Source: Podarcis pityusensis
Lineage: Eukaryota
Reading direction: 5' to 3' (one strand)
NCBI GenBank assembly: GCA_964106645.2
Contig: OZ067039.1
DNA length: 64,000 bases
Part shown: positions 61,103 to 64,000 of the stretch, in pieces
How the letters are laid out: each line of letters opens with the position of its first letter
How positions within the stretch are numbered: position 1 is the stretch's first letter
Position numbers and translations under genes: made by a program
The notes under the pieces: generated by a model
What the model saw: the letters and a program-made list of their open reading frames with translations, nothing else
What the model was told of the DNA's origin: nothing
Databases searched by the model: none

Positions 61103-63999
61103 TCCACCTCCCCCCCAGAATCCCCTCCACCCCTGGACCGACCTGTGGGACCAACTTCGTCCCCTTCGTCGGTCGAGGAGGCGGGGAAACCCCGGAAGGA
61201 ACTGTCACCATCTTCTGTGGATTCGAAACCCGCTTCCCAATCGCTCTTCCACCTACCAACGGGGTGGTCTTCCCCGTCTGACGCTTCTTCCTCCGAAACC
61301 TCTCCTCCCTCCTCCTCGGAGTCAGAAAATCCCTCAAAAACCTCTTCCTCATCTGTGGTTCCAAATTGCTCCTCCCAGAATCTCTCCAGGGGTTTGGGTT
61401 TGTCCGGGAACCGGCGGTGGAATACCTCCACCAGATACCTGTCCTCGACGGCTTCCGTGGGGACCCACGTGTTTTCGGACCTGGGTTCCCCTTCCCACGC
61501 TACCAAATACTCCACCCGGCGCCCTTGCCACCTGGAGTCCAGTATTTCCGTGGCCCTGTGGTGGTGTTCCCTTTCTTCTACCTGCGGGTGTGTGGTGACT
61601 TCTCCCTCTTGCCCCTGGAATTCCCGCCCTTCCCTATGCGGTGAGAGCAGGGACCTATGGAAAACCGGGTGTATTTTCATGCTATCAGGCAACCTGAGCT
61701 TAAATGCCACGGGATTAACTTGCTGTGTTACCTCAAAAGGTCCCAGCCGTCTGGGCTGCAACTTCTTGCACCCCCCTTTGAAAGGTAGCCCTTGGGTGGA
61801 CAACCACACCCGGTCCCCCACCCGTATGGTCTCCCCTTCCCTGTGGTGCTTGTCTGCCTGCCTCTTGTAAGTTTCCTTGGCCCGCTCCAAGTTCATCTTA
61901 AGTTGCTGGTGTAGGGCCTCCATTTCTTCCACAAACTGCTCTGCAGCGGGTACGCTCCAGCTTTCCTCCCCACTCCCCGGGAAGGCCCTGGGATGACACC
62001 CATGGTTGGCCATGAATGGGCTCATTCCCGTGGACACGTGTTCCGCGTTGTTGTACGCGAATTCAGCCAGCGCTAGTTTTTCTACCCAATCGTTCTGCCT
62101 CTCGCTGACATAGCAGCGTAGGTATTGCTGGAGTATACTGTTCACTCTTTCTGCTTGCCCGTTGGTCTCTGGGTGTCTCGCCGTCGAGAAACCCACCTCC
62201 ACCTGCAGTAAGCTCATGAGCTTCCTCCAGAACCGGGAAGTAAATTGTTTTCCGCGGTCGGAGATAACCCTCAAGGGGGCACCATGCAGCCGGAATATGT
62301 GCTCCACAAACAACCGGGCTGTTTCCTCTGCCGTTACAGCATGTGAGCAAGCTATAAAATGGCACATTTTTGTCAGTAGGTCGACCACCACCATGACTGC
62401 TGTCTTTCCCCGGGACTTGGGCAAATCTGTCATAAAATCAATGGATACCACCTCCCAGGGTTTCCCCAGCGTGGGTAAGGGTTCCAGCAATCCTGTGGGG
62501 GCAGCCCGCTCCCCCTTTGCCCTTTGGCAGCGGTCGCACCCCCGTACATATTCCCGTACATCCTCCCTCACCCTGGGCCACCAGAACTGCCTGGTCACAA
62601 GCATCATGGTTTTGTGCTGTCCAAAGTGCCCTGCTGTGGGGTTGTCGTGGAGTTGTTTGAGTACCTTTCCCCTCAGGGTCTCCCCCGGTACGTACAGCGC
62701 TCCCCTATAGTACAGTACCCCTTCCTTCTCCTCAAACCCTTCTTGGGTCCCTCTTCCGTCTCGTAGTTCCCGGATTTTAGTTTGCGCGAACACGTCGTTT
62801 CTGGTCAGCCCGGCTAGTTCTCGTTTCCCCACCAAAGTTCCCCCACACACCCATCGGTCCTCGGGGATCACGTGTCGTTTCTCCGGCGGCCCCTCTCCTT
62901 CCAGGTACTCCGGTTTACGCGACAGAGCGTCTGCTCTTACGTTTTCCTCTCCGGGCACGTAGCGGATTTCAAAGAAAAACTTGGAGAACTCCTGTGCCCA
63001 TCGAATCTGTCTCTGGTTGAGTACTCGTGCGGTTCTCCAGTACTCCAAGTTCTTGTGATCTGTGCAAACCTGGATCTGTTGTTGCGCTCCTATCAGTAGA
63101 TGGCGCCAACAACGAAAGGCCGCGTAGATTGCCAGCAGTTCGCGGTCATACACTGTATAGTTTTGCTCCGACTTGCTCAGTTTTCTCGAGAAAAAGGCAC
63201 ACGGTTTCCATTCCTGCTTGCTCTTCCCTGGCTGCAAAAAGACCGCCCCTACGGCTCTGTCGGATGCGTCGGTCTCTAGCCTCAGTGGTTTCTCCAGATC
63301 CACGTGCAGGAGTTGCTCTTCCGATGCGAACGCCTTCTTCAGCTTTTCGAAGGATTGTTGGGCCTCTTCTGTCCACACAAACTTCTTTTTGCTATTGAGA
63401 CAATCCGTGATGGGCGCTGTCAAGTGGGCGAAGTTCTTGATGAACTTCCTGTAGAAGTTGCTGAACCCTAGGAACCTCTGTACGTCCTTCCGTGTTTTGG
63501 GAGCCTTCCACTCCAGCACTGCCTGCACCTTGCTTGGGTCCATCGCTAAGCCTTTGTCAGACAACTTGTTCCCCAGAAACTCGACTTCTCTGGCGTGAAA
63601 CTGACATTTTTCCAGCTTGACCCACAACTGGTGCTTCTGCAGTCGTTGTAACACTTCCCTGACGTCTCTAACATGTTGTTCCTCATTGTCTGAATAAATT
63701 AAGACGTCGTCCAAGGAGGCTACGCAGTTCTTGTACAGCAGAGACCCCAACACGTGGTGCATGAAAGCTTGAAAACAGGCGGAGCCCGACTGTAATCCAA
63801 AAGGCATAACTAAGTACTCAAAGGCACCTAGGGGTGTGAACATTGTGGTCTTCCATTCGTCCCCCTCCCTCATCCTGATCAAATTGTATGCGCCCCTGAG
63901 GTCCAGCTTGGTAAAAATTTTGCCTTTCCTCACTCGCGTTAAAATGTCGTCAATCCTGGGCATTGGGAAGGTCACGGGTTCTGACACCAAATTGACAGC
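60769..63999 (-). CDS. pol: Gypsy pol polyprotein, 5'-partial: RT, RNase H, integrase with GPF motif, chromodomain, acidic/basic tail
   Basis: KLDLRGAY, MPFGL, SLDD; TDASD, RELLAI, TDHKNL, ADALSR; H-H-C-C zinc finger (LHD..GHFG..CDRC); D,D35E (SIDF, ISDRG, QAERVN); RLGPF; ILDSR..YLVAWEG..ENTWVP. Frame stays open to the window edge. Confidence 0.95.
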   Translation of the reverse strand, partial: AVNLVSEPVTFPMPRIDDILTRVRKGKIFTKLDLRGAYNLIRMREGDEWKTTMFTPLGAFEYLVMPFGLQSGSACFQAFMHHVLGSLLYKNCVASLDDVLIYSDNEEQHVRDVREVLQRLQKHQLWVKLEKCQFHAREVEFLGNKLSDKGLAMDPSKVQAVLEWKAPKTRKDVQRFLGFSNFYRKFIKNFAHLTAPITDCLNSKKKFVWTEEAQQSFEKLKKAFASEEQLLHVDLEKPLRLETDASDRAVGAVFLQPGKSKQEWKPCAFFSRKLSKSEQNYTVYDRELLAIYAAFRCWRHLLIGAQQQIQVCTDHKNLEYWRTARVLNQRQIRWAQEFSKFFFEIRYVPGEENVRADALSRKPEYLEGEGPPEKRHVIPEDRWVCGGTLVGKRELAGLTRNDVFAQTKIRELRDGRGTQEGFEEKEGVLYYRGALYVPGETLRGKVLKQLHDNPTAGHFGQHKTMMLVTRQFWWPRVREDVREYVRGCDRCQRAKGERAAPTGLLEPLPTLGKPWEVVSIDFMTDLPKSRGKTAVMVVVDLLTKMCHFIACSHAVTAEETARLFVEHIFRLHGAPLRVISDRGKQFTSRFWRKLMSLLQVEVGFSTARHPETNGQAERVNSILQQYLRCYVSERQNDWVEKLALAEFAYNNAEHVSTGMSPFMANHGCHPRAFPGSGEESWSVPAAEQFVEEMEALHQQLKMNLERAKETYKRQADKHHREGETIRVGDRVWLSTQGLPFKGGCKKLQPRRLGPFEVTQQVNPVAFKLRLPDSMKIHPVFHRSLLSPHREGREFQGQEGEVTTHPQVEEREHHHRATEILDSRWQGRRVEYLVAWEGEPRSENTWVPTEAVEDRYLVEVFHRRFPDKPKPLERFWEEQFGTTDEEEVFEGFSDSEEEGGEVSEEEASDGEDHPVGRWKSDWEAGFESTEDGDSSFRGFPASSTDEGDEVGPTGRSRGGGDSGGEVDVRELTSEREAKGRLLDDAGEGPSSRGRSSSVEGEAFKRNTRNKSELMGKSERGLTDSSLELSEEGTGPPLPTPTLRRRLPRSERRRRLGVKQLLCWKRFKKRPLTDSASD

Positions 64000-64000
64000 T

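Larger units (their letters stand above)
60670..64000 (-). mobile_element. Ty3/Gypsy chromovirus LTR retrotransposon, 3' part, antisense in collagen intron 31
   Basis: Order RT, RNase H, integrase, chromodomain; PPT (minus GGAGGGGATTCTGGGGGGGAGGTGGA) followed by TGTCAGG at 61102; distal LTR boundary uncertain (~60665-60770). Confidence 0.95.

Noticed and set aside
60803-61870. 355-aa Ser/Pro-rich antisense ORF over the Gypsy tail
   Set aside because: No ATG start and explained as the shadow of a purine-rich acidic coding strand; would need conservation across copies to revive.

Overview
Vertebrate (squamate, probably lacertid-like lizard) genomic DNA; the taxon is inferred from Sauria SINEs, BovB, L2/CR1 LINEs and hAT/Tc1-mariner MITEs. 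The main gene is a type VII collagen (COL7A1 or a COL7A1-like paralogue) on the + strand. I could read 31 coding exons from 23005 to 60269 that splice into one open frame of 3918 nt (1306 aa): signal peptide, vWA1, nine FN3 repeats, vWA2, CxxxC linker and the start of the Gly-X-Y helix. The gene continues past the window. A CpG island at about 16.55-17.5 kb probably holds the first exon of an unidentified gene on the - strand. The last intron contains an antisense Ty3/Gypsy chromovirus whose pol ORF is uninterrupted (RT, RNase H, integrase, chromodomain) and runs through the PPT into the 3' LTR. Most notable: (1) the integrase tail carries two acidic FxGF motifs resembling LEDGF/p75-IBD (TND) binding motifs, next to a degenerate chromodomain; (2) the collagen's FN3 array has one module gained and one lost relative to human COL7A1; (3) a 118-bp minisatellite built from perfect palindromes has expanded inside a Tc2-like MITE. 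Comparisons with human COL7A1 and TE family names are from memory, not from searches.
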